The position numbers were made by a program, and so were the translations under genes. From a virus, in IMG/VR virus record IMGVR_UViG_3300035171_000016, positions 32,001 to 96,000 of that record: DNA of 64,000 bases, one strand, 5' to 3'. This document shows positions 38,227 to 50,081 of this stretch, in pieces (within the stretch, counting starts at the first letter, position 1; each line of letters begins with the position of its first letter). The notes beneath the pieces were generated by a model, which made no database searches, was not told where the DNA came from, and was given only the letters and a program-made list of their open reading frames with translations.

Positions 38227-39360
38227 TTATTTGCTTAAAACTGAATTGTATTTATTACATAGGTATTCTGTAATATTTGGCCTATCTTCTAAATAGTTTC
38301 TTACGTTATCTATACCTTGGAATTTTTCTGGACATTCGGCATCAATTTCTTTTAGTTCCTTTAAGATATTTTCATCTAAATAAAACCAAGCACCTTTATC
38401 ACCCTTACGTTTTAATTGAGACCAAGCCTGTAGCATATCTATACATTCTAATTCCTTCCAAACGCTTTTGCCGCCAACCCTGCCATATTTTACAGGATAG
38501 CTTAGTTCATTATAGTTTTCATTATCACTCTTAATAATTTTAATCTTGCATCTATGACCAATAGCTTTGCTATTTTTATCAGACGGGTTTTCTCTGATAA
38601 TATCATCATTATATCTTCCTAAAAAGTTGATAACTACAGACGAGGCGTGTTCTAGGGCATGACCGCCACTAGATTTACCCTGACGTTGAGTTGTAGCCTG
38701 ATATTGGTTAATTTTAATTTCCTCTCTAATTTGAGAAATAAAAATACAAATATGACCTCTTCTAGCTAAAGCTAGGGCCGTCTTTTTTAAGAAAACAGAA
38801 GTAATTAAAGCCCCGCCAGCAACTTGTTGAGCCTCTTCTAGCGGTTTAGATAAGTCGTCCCTCTTTACCATGCTATCTACAGAATCAATAATAAAGAAAT
38901 ATTTAGCTTTTGTAGGGTTGTCAATAATAAGACTTCTAATAAATCCAAACACTACTTCATAAATATTAGATTCAACAACCAAACAATTATTTTGCCATTT
39001 TTCGGCGTCGGTAACAAAATCAATACCAGAACGCGCTCTTACTTCTGGACTTAATCTCCCCTCGCATTTAAAATAAACCCCTCTATTAGAAGAATCTAAT
39101 TTAAGAAAATTATACATAAAATCTAAGGCACAGGAAGTTTTGCCGCCAGCAGTAATACCCATAAACCTATGCGCTCCATTTGGTAATCCAGAGCCTAACT
39201 CTAAGTTAAGATTCAGACTAGAACTAGGAACCTTATAATAAATCTCTTCTTCAAAATTATAATGGTCTTTTTTATTCTCCTTTAGATAGGCTAAAGCCTG
39301 ACTTTGTGGAGAAATAACTTCTGAATCTTCTTTTATAACTTCTTTATTTTTTGGTGCCAT
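38227..39360 (-). CDS. RecA/UvsX-like recombinase
   Basis: GITAGGKTS, IIDSVD, ISQIRE, SGGHALEH and GAWF motifs. Confidence 0.9.
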   Translation of the reverse strand: MAPKNKEVIKEDSEVISPQSQALAYLKENKKDHYNFEEEIYYKVPSSSLNLNLELGSGLPNGAHRFMGITAGGKTSCALDFMYNFLKLDSSNRGVYFKCEGRLSPEVRARSGIDFVTDAEKWQNNCLVVESNIYEVVFGFIRSLIIDNPTKAKYFFIIDSVDSMVKRDDLSKPLEEAQQVAGGALITSVFLKKTALALARRGHICIFISQIREEIKINQYQATTQRQGKSSGGHALEHASSVVINFLGRYNDDIIRENPSDKNSKAIGHRCKIKIIKSDNENYNELSYPVKYGRVGGKSVWKELECIDMLQAWSQLKRKGDKGAWFYLDENILKELKEIDAECPEKFQGIDNVRNYLEDRPNITEYLCNKYNSVLSK

Positions 39361-39919
39361 ATTTTTAATTATCTAGGAATTCTATAATATTTTGAGGTTT
39401 TCTTTTTATTTCCTCTATTATAACCGTAGAAGTCTCGTTTAGCAAGTATTTTTTATTTTTTTGTTTATTAGAGATATAATTCTTCCATAATTCATCAAGA
39501 TTATGAAATTTCTTACTTTGAAGTCCGCACAAACTATTAAATTTACCGTTTAAATGATTTAAGGTATAAAAAAAATTAAAATCTGGATATTTATTTAATA
39601 ATCTTTTACAGGCAGAACGCTCTCTAATCCAATCCTTTTCTTCCCAAAATTTAGTCCCATCTTTTTTTATGAATAAATTAATTAAAAAACTAAACTTATC
39701 CGTTTTATTTATACTTAATGGTTCGTTTGGTGGTATTTCCATATTGATTAATAAATTCAAAAACTAGGTTATAACAATCTTTGCATAAATGAAATTTAAA
39801 AACACTATCTAAAATAGATAATTTTTCTTCACTAAAAGCACAATAATTAGATGGTGGAGATAGTAAAATTGCCCCCGCTTGTTTTAATTCTTTTCTACAG
39901 CTATAACAAATTGGTTTAA

Positions 39920-40417
39920 TCATACATCTATCTCTTTTCCATCTAAAAATCCCTTTAACCCTAAAACCTCGTCAAGCCATTTAATAGAAATTCCGCTTTC
40001 TGCCAACATCACCTGCGAAAAGGCAATTGATTCTTTCCAAGCATCCGAATTTACCATATCCGGCCATTGTCTATGGCAAATAATTTCTTTAATTCCTCCT
40101 TGAATTATTACCTTACAGCAGTTATCGCAGGGAATACCTTGGGTATATAAAATGGAATCTTTAGAACTTGTTCCAAATCTAGCACATTGCAAAACGGCAT
40201 TAAACTCACCGTGGCAAATAAATTTGTATTTAGTTGGTCTATCTAAATATCTTTGCTCTAAATCATTGACGTTGTACGGGAATCCATTATAACCATTAGA
40301 AATAATTCTCTTATCTTTTACTAAGACGGCTCCAATTTTTGTTCTTGGGTCTTTAGACTTGGAAGCCGCAAGATAAACGTGTTTCATAAACCAAACATCC
40401 CATAGTTTATTATCCAT
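39920..40417 (-). CDS. dCMP deaminase
   Basis: SKDPRTKIGA, GYNGFP, HGEFNA and PCDNC motifs. Confidence 0.92.
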   Translation of the reverse strand: MDNKLWDVWFMKHVYLAASKSKDPRTKIGAVLVKDKRIISNGYNGFPYNVNDLEQRYLDRPTKYKFICHGEFNAVLQCARFGTSSKDSILYTQGIPCDNCCKVIIQGGIKEIICHRQWPDMVNSDAWKESIAFSQVMLAESGISIKWLDEVLGLKGFLDGKEIDV

Positions 40418-40880
40418 ATTATTTATTTTCTGGTTTTAAAGTAAGGCTCATTGTTTGATTTAAAGCATTAGTGGTATCCGAACACCAGACAATATCCCAA
40501 CGCTTATATGGCCAAGTAATATCTCCGTAATTAGGTGGATATACTGGCCTGTCTATAATAATAGGATTTTGTGGAATCCATTTTACTACTTCTTTTTCTG
40601 GAAAGGTAGCATCTAAAACAGCTTTTAATTCTTTAAGCTCATCGGGAGTCAAAGAGATAACCTGTTTTCCTATTTTTATCTCTATTTTTGAGATTTGAAT
40701 TTGATTTGACATAAAATTACTAAAAAGATATATAGACAAATACTATAAACAATAAGAATAGCAAAAATAAAACAGGAACGCCTATTGTATATAGGGTTTG
40801 CCACCATTTAGGCATTTTATTTATAGATTTCATGTTAAAATCGGTCATATAGATTATATTAATTCACTTTAATAAAAAAG

Positions 40881-42023
40881 TCAAGGATATAAAGATTCAT
40901 ATATTTTTATATCGTTCTCAACCATTTCCGAAATTAACATATCAAATGTATATTTAGGATTCCATATTAATTCTTTACGGGCTAAGTCCGAACAACCAAG
41001 AAGTGATTCAACATCAGCAGGACGATAAAATTTAGAATCAATAGCCACTAAAGTTTTACTTGATAAATTATCTATATATCTTTCTTCTAGTTTTTCGCCT
41101 TCCCATCTACCGTATATATTAGCTTTATTGAATGCTACATTTATTAAATCTTTTACCGTATATGTTTCGTTAGAGGATAATACATATTCTTTTATTTGTT
41201 TAGATAACCACTTTCTAGCATCCAAGCTAGTATAATCACCACAAAATCCAAAGTTTATTTTTTTAGCTATTTCACCATTATCTCTCCAAAGCTCTTGATT
41301 CAACATTTTCCATATTCCGTCTACAAAATCCTTAGAATGTGACCAGTCACGTTTTGCATAGATATTACCACAAAAAATTGGCTCAAATTCTTTATTATTT
41401 TTAATAGAATGATAAATTCTCGCAACACCATTTGTAATTTTACGAGATATAAAATGAATTTGGCGACGTGGAGATTCGTGATTGGTTAAAATTCCATGAA
41501 CTACATAAAGATTGTAGCTTTCTCTATATACTTTACATATATGTGCGGCGCAACATTTACTAACTCCATAAATACTACGAGGACTCATAGAATGTTTTTC
41601 ATCTTGCGGTGAATATTTAACATCACCCCATTGTTCAGAGCTACCAGCAGAATATAACCTACAGTTAGGGACGTAATTCCTTATAGATTCTAATATATGG
41701 ACTAAAGAAATAGAATTAGCTTCTATTGTAAAAGCTGGTTGGTTCCATGAATCGGCAACGAAACTTGATGCACCTAAATGAATGAAATAATCAGGTTTTT
41801 CGTTTTTAATTAGCGTTATTATCGAATGGGCGTCGGTTAACTCTAGCGGAACTAATTTAAATCTAGGATTTTTTAGACACTCCTGTAAATTACTAAGAAT
41901 AGCTTGGCTAGTTCGTCTAACGCCGCCTAAAACATCATAATCAGTATTTTTAAGTAAATACTCGCACATATAGGAACCATCTTGACCGTTAGCACCAGAC
42001 ACTATAACTTTTAGTTTATTCAT
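40881..42023 (-). CDS. gmd: GDP-mannose 4,6-dehydratase
   Basis: GANGQDGSY, SSEQWG, PRSIYGVSK, NHESPRR, RDWSH and RPADV motifs. Confidence 0.93.
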   Translation of the reverse strand: MNKLKVIVSGANGQDGSYMCEYLLKNTDYDVLGGVRRTSQAILSNLQECLKNPRFKLVPLELTDAHSIITLIKNEKPDYFIHLGASSFVADSWNQPAFTIEANSISLVHILESIRNYVPNCRLYSAGSSEQWGDVKYSPQDEKHSMSPRSIYGVSKCCAAHICKVYRESYNLYVVHGILTNHESPRRQIHFISRKITNGVARIYHSIKNNKEFEPIFCGNIYAKRDWSHSKDFVDGIWKMLNQELWRDNGEIAKKINFGFCGDYTSLDARKWLSKQIKEYVLSSNETYTVKDLINVAFNKANIYGRWEGEKLEERYIDNLSSKTLVAIDSKFYRPADVESLLGCSDLARKELIWNPKYTFDMLISEMVENDIKIYESLYP

Positions 42024-42108
42024 ATATATATAATAGTAAATTTATAGTTTATTTAACTTTTTAATAAAAAAAAGTTAATACCTATGTTTATTGTGTATTA
42101 TATAGTAT

Positions 42109-43380
42109 ATGCAGGTATATAGAATTTTTAATAAGAAAAATGGAAAAAGTTATATAGGTATAACAAAATGGACATTTAACGAAAGGTACCCACAATCAAA
42201 ATGGTGGAAATGGACTCATTCAAATCATTTAAAAAAAGCTGTAAAAAAATATGGTATAGAGGAGTTTGCATACGAAATATTAAATAATTCATGTAAAAAT
42301 GACAGTGAATTAGTAGAAATGGAAAAATTATATATTAAACAGTACAATTCATTTATTCCGAATGGATACAATTTAACATTAGGAGGAAGCAATCAAAAAA
42401 AAGCGACTTTAGAAAAAGAATATGAATTAATTGATGCTAACGGTACATTGTATAAAATTAAAAATATGTCTGATTTTTGTAGGAAAAACGGATTTAACTA
42501 TGGTTCAATGCTTAATATGGTATCTGGAATAAATAAATCATCTCATGGTTTCGCACTATCTACTACAGACAAAGACGACATAATAAACCCCAACCAAGAG
42601 TGGGAATTAGAAGAAATTAAAACGGGAAAAATTTTTAAAATAAAAAGAAAAAATATTAATGATTTTTGTAAACAAATTGGAGTAAGAAATGATTATATTT
42701 ATATGTTGGTAAACAAAAAGGTATATGTTTCCCATGGATTTAAACTTAAAGAGACGATATTAGATGGAGTAAAAATAAAAGAAGATAGGTTAAAATATAA
42801 AAATATAAAATTTATAAATCCCAAGGGTGAGGAAGTGATTATAGAAAACCTTTATAGATTTTGTCAAAAAAATCCTAATTTAGAACGAGGCGGTTTTTAT
42901 GACTTAATAAATAATAAGTCGCTAGAATATCATGGGTGGAGGTTGCCATATCAAGAAAAAGAATTTAAAGAACTAAAGCAAAAAAGATATGGAAGATTTT
43001 TAAAATTAAAAAATATAATTACTGGAGAAATTTTTGAAATTAAAAACGTATCTAAATTTTGTAGAGATAACAATATAGATATAAATATATTTAATACAAT
43101 GATTAATGGAAATATTAAACAATATATGAATTATGCTATTCCAGAAACAGATTTGACAAATTACAAATACCCTAAAAAAGTTATTTTTATATCAATAATA
43201 AACAAAAATGGTAGCGTTTTAGATGGTCGTAATGCAAAAGATATAGAAAAAAGGTTTGGTATTATGACATCTCAATCAATACAAGATATGATAAACAAAA
43301 AATATGCCTCAATTAAGGGATGGAGAATATTAAAAGTTAAATACAAAAATAATTATTATCCAGAAATAGATAATTCTTAA
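42109..43380 (+). CDS. Free-standing GIY-YIG homing endonuclease with tandem DNA-binding repeats
   Basis: VYRIFNKKNGKSYIG...GYNLTLGG; repeated KIKNxxxFC...HG(F/W) modules; inverted relative to neighbours. Confidence 0.88.
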   Translation: MQVYRIFNKKNGKSYIGITKWTFNERYPQSKWWKWTHSNHLKKAVKKYGIEEFAYEILNNSCKNDSELVEMEKLYIKQYNSFIPNGYNLTLGGSNQKKATLEKEYELIDANGTLYKIKNMSDFCRKNGFNYGSMLNMVSGINKSSHGFALSTTDKDDIINPNQEWELEEIKTGKIFKIKRKNINDFCKQIGVRNDYIYMLVNKKVYVSHGFKLKETILDGVKIKEDRLKYKNIKFINPKGEEVIIENLYRFCQKNPNLERGGFYDLINNKSLEYHGWRLPYQEKEFKELKQKRYGRFLKLKNIITGEIFEIKNVSKFCRDNNIDINIFNTMINGNIKQYMNYAIPETDLTNYKYPKKVIFISIINKNGSVLDGRNAKDIEKRFGIMTSQSIQDMINKKYASIKGWRILKVKYKNNYYPEIDNS

Positions 43381-44168
43381 TCTATATAAACTTCTGGAAT
43401 AGGAATATTTAACCTATTATAGTATTCTTCGTTAAACTTTAAATGGCCGTTTTCCCATTTATAAGAACATCCGTATCCTGATTTAAAATGTTGTTCATGG
43501 TATAGTACTTTATTGTAACTATTTTCATTATCTAACCAAGTTAAATGTTTAACTCCTCCGTCTAAAAAACTGGCGGGAATTGATTTACTGCTAAATAATT
43601 GATAGTTTAATAACTCTCCCTTTTCTTTATCTTCATATATCACATCATTATCAAAATAAAAATTATATAAAGATTGGTTAGGTCTAGGATTTACTCTAAA
43701 TATTCTCGGAGGACAAAACCCGGCTATCCATTCTTTTCCAGAAAAAATATAATTCTTAAATGGTATTCTTACCCAATCATAAAACTTATTATCTTCTCTG
43801 TTTATATACTCAATAATTTTTTCTATTTGATGCTCTGTATAATACTCATCCGATAAATCTAGTAGCCATATAATATCACACTTTTCATCAAGTAAATGCT
43901 TTAAAGCAATGTTTCTTGCCTCGCTTTCTAACATAGCCATTTTAGGAGCTTCTAAAAATTGAATATAATTTATATTTTGATACCTTTCAAGTAGTTCAAC
44001 TGTTTTAGAGTTGTCTTGATTAATATTTAAATCTTCATATTCTTTAAATTTTACAGAAACGAAAGAAAATACTAAATCTTTATTTTCTGCCGTATTAAAC
44101 CACGGTTTTAATCGCTCTCCTAGCTTGTCGTCACAAGCATACCCGCATCCTAGAATTCCAATTTTCAT
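43377..44168 (-). CDS. GT2-like glycosyltransferase
   Basis: ARNIAL...WLLDLSDEYY...PRIFR...KHLTW. Confidence 0.6.
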   Translation of the reverse strand: MKIGILGCGYACDDKLGERLKPWFNTAENKDLVFSFVSVKFKEYEDLNINQDNSKTVELLERYQNINYIQFLEAPKMAMLESEARNIALKHLLDEKCDIIWLLDLSDEYYTEHQIEKIIEYINREDNKFYDWVRIPFKNYIFSGKEWIAGFCPPRIFRVNPRPNQSLYNFYFDNDVIYEDKEKGELLNYQLFSSKSIPASFLDGGVKHLTWLDNENSYNKVLYHEQHFKSGYGCSYKWENGHLKFNEEYYNRLNIPIPEVYID

Positions 44169-44595
44169 ATATATAAAAAGTCAAATTTAAATATTATTTT
44201 TTGATTTTAAACTATTTTCCAAACAATTTAAAACAAATTCTCCTACTTGCTTTTTTGTAGGTTTTTTAGATAAATTTAAGTTATTTTGGACTATTAATTC
44301 AAACTCTTTGTTATAACTAAAGCTTACGCTAGCAGAGCCATCTTTATTCTCTACAATTTTTTTCACTAAAATAGACGGAGTTTTATTCTGCATAAACTAA
44401 AGCCTTACCATCTTTAATTACAATATTTACAGAATTAGGAAAATCTTCTCTTTTTAGTTCTATTTCAAAGATTCCATTTTTTCCTAGTTTTTTTGCAATA
44501 ACTCCTAAAATAATAGATTCTTCACTCCAATATTTTACATTAGAGGTATATTTTAGTTCAGTATTTGCATCAATTATTTTTTCTGATTGGTTCAT

Positions 44596-44626
<31 letters not shown>

Positions 44627-44630
44627 TATA

Positions 44631-45563
44631 TTACTCTTTCGAGGAAAATTCCCATATATATCCTCCGGCAGACTTTGTTTTGTATCCACTTTTATCAATT
44701 TTGTTGTTACAGCACCTACTTATTGATGACCTATCTATTTTACAGGCAATAGAGGCGTCTAAAGCACTAAACCAAACATTAATTACATTTCCAGTTTTAA
44801 TATCTATTTGTTTTACTGGAATACTTCTATTATATAAAGACATTTTCCAACCAATTCTTAGTCCAGAAAGCTGCCTTTCAGAAGCTTTTATTCCTAGTTT
44901 TGATTTACTTATTTTATTCTTAGCTTCTTCCGAATGGTGCTTGCCAGACCAATGCGCCTCATTTTTTCTGTAATAGTCTATATTTTTATCAGAAATTATT
45001 TTTTTGGTTTCTTCTGTATGATTTTTTCCATAAAACGGATTCTTTTCTTTAAATCTTGCTGATTTATACTGAGGATTTTTTTCTTTTCTCCAACTTCCTA
45101 ACCTAATCTTATTTTCTGATATTTTCAATTTAGTGGATTTCTCCATTTTTGACATATCTACAACTTTTTGTATATTTAACAATTCATATTCTCCATTAAA
45201 TTCAAAAAAATCTATCCAATTTTGCTCTCTATTTCTTAAATATTCTATAGAATTGTTTATATCTATTTCTTCCAAAATTATATATATAAAATCTACGCCA
45301 TACTTATTAACATAATTTTTTATCCTGTCATTTGAGTGTTTTTTGTGAAAGATAAAATAAGAATGATTTTTGATTCTTTCGTTTAAATTAATCGTGCTAC
45401 CTATATATAGTCGTCTCTTGTTATTTACTTTTATATCGTCAGAAATACCCAGTAAACAATAAATATAATATTTTTCATAACTATGAATATCGGGCTGATA
45501 CCTATAATCGTTATGAAATTCTACATTAAATTTTCTATTATTGTATATTCCATTTTTTATCAT
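44631..45563 (-). CDS. GIY-YIG endonuclease with NUMOD3/NUMOD1 motifs
   Basis: YIY...YIGSTINLNER, NPFYGKNHTEETKKIIS and SAGGYIW motifs. Confidence 0.9.
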   Translation of the reverse strand: MIKNGIYNNRKFNVEFHNDYRYQPDIHSYEKYYIYCLLGISDDIKVNNKRRLYIGSTINLNERIKNHSYFIFHKKHSNDRIKNYVNKYGVDFIYIILEEIDINNSIEYLRNREQNWIDFFEFNGEYELLNIQKVVDMSKMEKSTKLKISENKIRLGSWRKEKNPQYKSARFKEKNPFYGKNHTEETKKIISDKNIDYYRKNEAHWSGKHHSEEAKNKISKSKLGIKASERQLSGLRIGWKMSLYNRSIPVKQIDIKTGNVINVWFSALDASIACKIDRSSISRCCNNKIDKSGYKTKSAGGYIWEFSSKE

Positions 45564-45578
45564 ATCTATATTATTATA

Positions 45579-46487
45579 TTAGTTTTTTATAGTATTTAAA
45601 ATATTATTTGCTATACTTTTATCACAAAATATATCTAAGTATTTAATAGAGGTGTCAATCAATATCTTTTCTAAAGATATATTTTTATTTATAATATAAG
45701 ATAATTTTTCACTCATATCATATAAAGATGCACGACATATAAACTCGCTAGGACAAAACTCTAACGATGTTGACATATCTTCGCAACATACAACTGGAGT
45801 TTTACACGATAACGATTCTATAAGTGGGAGATTTAATCCTTCCCATTTAGAGGTAATCAAAACAGCCGCACAGGTATTGTACTGTATATTTAAATCCTCA
45901 TCGCTTAATACGCCTAAATAATTAATATATTTCTTGTAATGTAATTTATTTGGCGGTAATATATTACTTGGGTCTTCGGGGCCAACTACGTTAATAATCC
46001 TTCCGGTAAATACTGCTAATTCTAAAGCAATATTAAATCTTTTATTAGGGTCATTCTGTCTCCCTATAGCTAATAAATTACTATTTCTTTCTAAATTTAA
46101 TGGCCTAACTGGTTTAATGGGCTGATAAATAATAGGAATCCCTCTTTTCTGTAGCTGTGGAAATATATTAATCATCTGTAATCTAACCGTTTCGGAAATA
46201 GTAGTAACAATATCCGCCGAGTAGAAATTATTATTAAGGTTAGCTATAATATCTCTTACTTCTTTACAGTGAAAAGGGATGTCCAAAATATTAAGTATTA
46301 ATTTAGCATTAGGATATTTCTTTTTTAGCTCTATTCCTTCTAAATGATAACCGGCGTCATTAACATAAATAATATCTGGATTAATATCAGTTAGTTCATG
46401 GCCTAAACTTTTTAGGCCCTTATCAATCCTATTTAGCTGGCATAGAATATTTCCTCTAGCACCTAATGTTAAAATTTTGTAACTCAT
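45579..46487 (-). CDS. GT4 glycosyltransferase
   Basis: SKWEGLNLPLIESLSCKTPV motif. Confidence 0.85.
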   Translation of the reverse strand: MSYKILTLGARGNILCQLNRIDKGLKSLGHELTDINPDIIYVNDAGYHLEGIELKKKYPNAKLILNILDIPFHCKEVRDIIANLNNNFYSADIVTTISETVRLQMINIFPQLQKRGIPIIYQPIKPVRPLNLERNSNLLAIGRQNDPNKRFNIALELAVFTGRIINVVGPEDPSNILPPNKLHYKKYINYLGVLSDEDLNIQYNTCAAVLITSKWEGLNLPLIESLSCKTPVVCCEDMSTSLEFCPSEFICRASLYDMSEKLSYIINKNISLEKILIDTSIKYLDIFCDKSIANNILNTIKN

Positions 46488-47723
46488 TTAGGAAATAGAT
46501 AGTTATAAAAATCAATAAAAGTATTTAATTTTCTTCCATTGTTCCAAATACTTGTTGAATATGTACAAATATAACTTTCCTGTCTAAAATCGTGCTCTCT
46601 CTTATCAAAGAAAAGTTTAATACTTCCTAAATTATGAAGATGTTTAATAGAATTCCAAAAACGCATTCTGCTTTTATATTCGTCGGTTTCTTTCATTTTG
46701 TTAAACTTTTGTACAAAATTAAGTTCTTTTTTATTTTTGGTTTTCATTGAAATTGGCAACTACTTTTAATGTTGTGTTTTCTAGGTCATGTAAATTAAAT
46801 AAAATATTAATCATTCTGTCCAAGGCCGCGCATTTTAGAGTTCCAAGCTTAATTATTTTTTCATCAGACCAAATATTTTGAATAGCATAGTCGGCCAATT
46901 CTTTATAAGACCATTTAGAAACCTCTTCGCTATGCTTTAGCTCTTTGAGAGCTAGTTCTGTAAATTTATTTATATTTTTTTGTTTAGTCATATTAATTAA
47001 AATTACAACCGTTTTTATGGGCAACATGCCCGTCATCATAAAAAATATAATTTTCTGGTTTATTTTTTAAATCTTCTTTTTTAATAGAAGAATTACATTC
47101 GCAACAATAACTATTTCTAGCTCTAAAGTCTATTTGGTCGTATCCGGCGCGAAATTCTTTAGTACTGATAACCGCTGGCTGGGGAGTTCCTAATTTATCA
47201 AGTGGCATAATTAATGAATTATTAACGATTTATCTTTTTTAATCCATCCTAGCTTTTCCATTTCCTGCGGTTTTAGAATGGATATATCTGTCCCAGTTTT
47301 AAGAACTAAAAAAGAAATATTTTTTTCTTTAAATTGTTTACCGTATATTTGGTGAAGAGCGGCTATGGTTTTAGCAATTAAATCGTTATACTCTTTAACC
47401 CTAAAAAGAATTATAGAATTATTAACCAAATTATCTACGTCAATAATAGATTCTACGTTTATATGGTTATTAATATTTTCTTCCATATTATGATTCGTCC
47501 TTCATCCTATATTCTTTTAATTCCGCCTCTATCTCAAAAATCCTTACATTATCAAGTTCTCTGCAATGATTAAACGCTTTTAAAGCAACTCTTTTTAGAA
47601 GGTTTTCTATTTTGGGGTCTTGCGTAATAGCGTCTTCAAATTGACCAAACGATTTCCAGTATTTATCAAAATCTCTCATATAAATATATTATAGTATAAT
47701 AATTAATTTGTCAATTTAAAATT

Positions 47724-48260
47724 TTATCTGAATTCTTCTCTTAATAGTCTAAATCTATCAGAATCAATTTTTTTCTCTCCATTATTTATTTTTTTTATAA
47801 CATCAATAGCTTCCTCAATAGAGGAATATATATATTTATGAGGAAGGACTCCATACATCCATTTTGGACATAAATCTTTACCGCCTTCTATACATAAAAA
47901 TATAGGTTTTTTCATTCTGTTTGCCCAGAAAATTTCTTCCCATGTTCCACAGGTATTATATTTAGGATTTATATAAACAAAAACAAAATCACATAAATCC
48001 ACACACCTTAAATCTTCGGCTCTAATTTTTTTGACAATTTCTGATATTTCATCATATTTGCCTTCTTTCATTAGTTCGTCAAGCTTAGCCCTAGCATCAT
48101 TGTCTTCTTTGCTAGAATTTATAAAAGGATGATTATATGGATTAAAAATAATAATACCTAATTCTTTTAAAGAATTACTAACAAATTCTCTCCAAGAAGA
48201 GCCGTCCATATACTCCATTTGGCCAACTAAGTAAACTCTTGTTTTATTTAATAGATTCAT
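47724..48260 (-). CDS. Nucleoside 2-deoxyribosyltransferase-like protein
   Basis: VYLVGQM, WRE, FNP, DLRCVDLCD and GTWEE motifs. Confidence 0.8.
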   Translation of the reverse strand: MNLLNKTRVYLVGQMEYMDGSSWREFVSNSLKELGIIIFNPYNHPFINSSKEDNDARAKLDELMKEGKYDEISEIVKKIRAEDLRCVDLCDFVFVYINPKYNTCGTWEEIFWANRMKKPIFLCIEGGKDLCPKWMYGVLPHKYIYSSIEEAIDVIKKINNGEKKIDSDRFRLLREEFR

Positions 48261-48305
48261 TCCTATATAGGATAATCTATTTCTAGGTTTATGTCAAGAT
48301 AGAGT

Positions 48306-48749
48306 TTAACTCCTATCTTCTTTGTAGGCGTGCCAACCACCAATTCTTACGCCTTGATAGATAGCGTCTCTTTGTGCCTTCTCTAGCTCTGTAAGGCTAT
48401 TAGAGACGCTATTCATAGCCTCTAGTAGTAAATCATTACATTTCTCTTCTGTAAGGTTGGCAACCTTTGTAGTCCCGTCATTATTAACTATTAGAAGTGT
48501 ATTTTGAAACCCGCAATCGTGAAGATAAAATGGTCTAGCAAATAGACCAAACGGAACCAAAAACAACGGAGGGCCCCATAGCGGAGACGGAATAGAACCT
48601 AAATCAGAGGGCGCATATTTAGGTAATCTATAATGAGTTCCGTCAATAGCAATATAATCCTCGTCTTCTAAAAGCTTAAAATTACGAAAATCTCCAGAAG
48701 TTATTGTTTTCCAGTCGCAATTAAGAAATCCATGAAATTTATTGTCCAT
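48306..48749 (-). CDS. DUF1353-like protein
   Basis: SDLGSIP, LHD and IYQGVRIGGW motifs; start MDNK follows a GTGTAA motif. Confidence 0.7.
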   Translation of the reverse strand: MDNKFHGFLNCDWKTITSGDFRNFKLLEDEDYIAIDGTHYRLPKYAPSDLGSIPSPLWGPPLFLVPFGLFARPFYLHDCGFQNTLLIVNNDGTTKVANLTEEKCNDLLLEAMNSVSNSLTELEKAQRDAIYQGVRIGGWHAYKEDRS

Positions 48750-48765
48750 ATTAATTATTACACAA

Positions 48766-49269
48766 TTAGAACCTAATTCTAAACCCAAAAAATTGTTTAA
48801 ATACCGGATACGTTAAAGATGAATACGAATCAATTTCTCCGCCGGTTTCCATAAAAATATATTTACCTCTTATTTTAAAATAAAGAGGAGTTTGATAGCA
48901 TATTCCAGTTCCTACAATTCCTATAGCTCGGTGGTCTTTTAAAGAAAAACCCGCACCACTTATTAAGTATATTTCAAACTCTCCAATATTACTATCTATT
49001 TTCTGTCCAATACTGGCGTTACCAGATGATTGATATAGTTGATTATCAATATAATCCAAAGAAATGCCAAATTTTATTTTTGGCTTATAATCATACATTA
49101 GCCTAGAGCTTAGTCCATACTTTCCATGATAATAATTAAATCCAGATTGTAGGTCAAAGTTAGTATATGTTATACTTGGCGGTATATTTGTTGTAGAGTT
49201 TTGAGAATAACAAGATATACCTAAAAATAAAAATAGGCAAAACGGTAAAATTTTGCCTATTAATCTCAT
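48766..49269 (-). CDS. Secreted or outer-membrane beta-barrel-like protein
   Basis: Signal peptide, amphipathic strands, C-terminal FGFRIRF. Confidence 0.5.
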   Translation of the reverse strand: MRLIGKILPFCLFLFLGISCYSQNSTTNIPPSITYTNFDLQSGFNYYHGKYGLSSRLMYDYKPKIKFGISLDYIDNQLYQSSGNASIGQKIDSNIGEFEIYLISGAGFSLKDHRAIGIVGTGICYQTPLYFKIRGKYIFMETGGEIDSYSSLTYPVFKQFFGFRIRF

Positions 49270-49568
49270 GTACTTTTTAAATTAAACCTGCTTTACCCAT
49301 TCAGGCCCCGAAAGAAGGTCTCCGGCTAGAATTTTATATACTCTAGCGAACTGTGCGGCTTGAGCCTCTGGCGTAATTGTACCGCCAGCAGGAATTAGAG
49401 AGATAAGAGATACTAACGATTGAGCGGCACTTACTCCTAACTGAATATTTTGTGCATTTCCTTTGGCGGCAGGTACATAATTTTCTACTACTGGTAGTAA
49501 AGAATTAATTGCGTTCAAAAGAACCTGTGAGTCAACTTGAATTGTTGTGGCGTCTGGCATATATTTTA

Positions 49569-50081
49569 TTAGTTATTTGTTGAAACTGTTGATAGAACAG
49601 TATTTATGTTAAATGATGGATTATTTGTAGTAACAGTAAGAATAGAGGTAAAGCTATTAGATACTGGTGAGGACGAAGCAATATTGGAAAAATATTGTGA
49701 CTGAGCAACTAGAATATTAACTTGAGACTGTAAGTTATTGCTTACATCGTTAAAGTTTCCAGCCGGACTATTGAAATACTTAATATAAAGGTCACGAGCC
49801 TTTTTAACATCAGCTAAGGCGGTAGGGGCACCGGCTCTAATTTGATTAGCTACGTTAAAAATTTCAGGACTATTTGTTTTAATAAAGGCTTGATTTTGTG
49901 TTTCAAATACTAGAAAGGCATCTACTACTTGATAAGTTCTTACAATCGTAGAATCAATATTGTATAGATAAGTATCTCCCTTATATACTCCTGTAGTATC
50001 TAAATTTTTAGTTGTAGCACAGCCTAGAAATAAGGCTGAAAGAGTTATTGCAGATATAGCGGTTAAAAAAGTTTTTTTCAT
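49569..50081 (-). CDS. Lipoprotein
   Basis: Signal peptide with FLGC lipobox. Confidence 0.65.
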   Translation of the reverse strand: MKKTFLTAISAITLSALFLGCATTKNLDTTGVYKGDTYLYNIDSTIVRTYQVVDAFLVFETQNQAFIKTNSPEIFNVANQIRAGAPTALADVKKARDLYIKYFNSPAGNFNDVSNNLQSQVNILVAQSQYFSNIASSSPVSNSFTSILTVTTNNPSFNINTVLSTVSTNN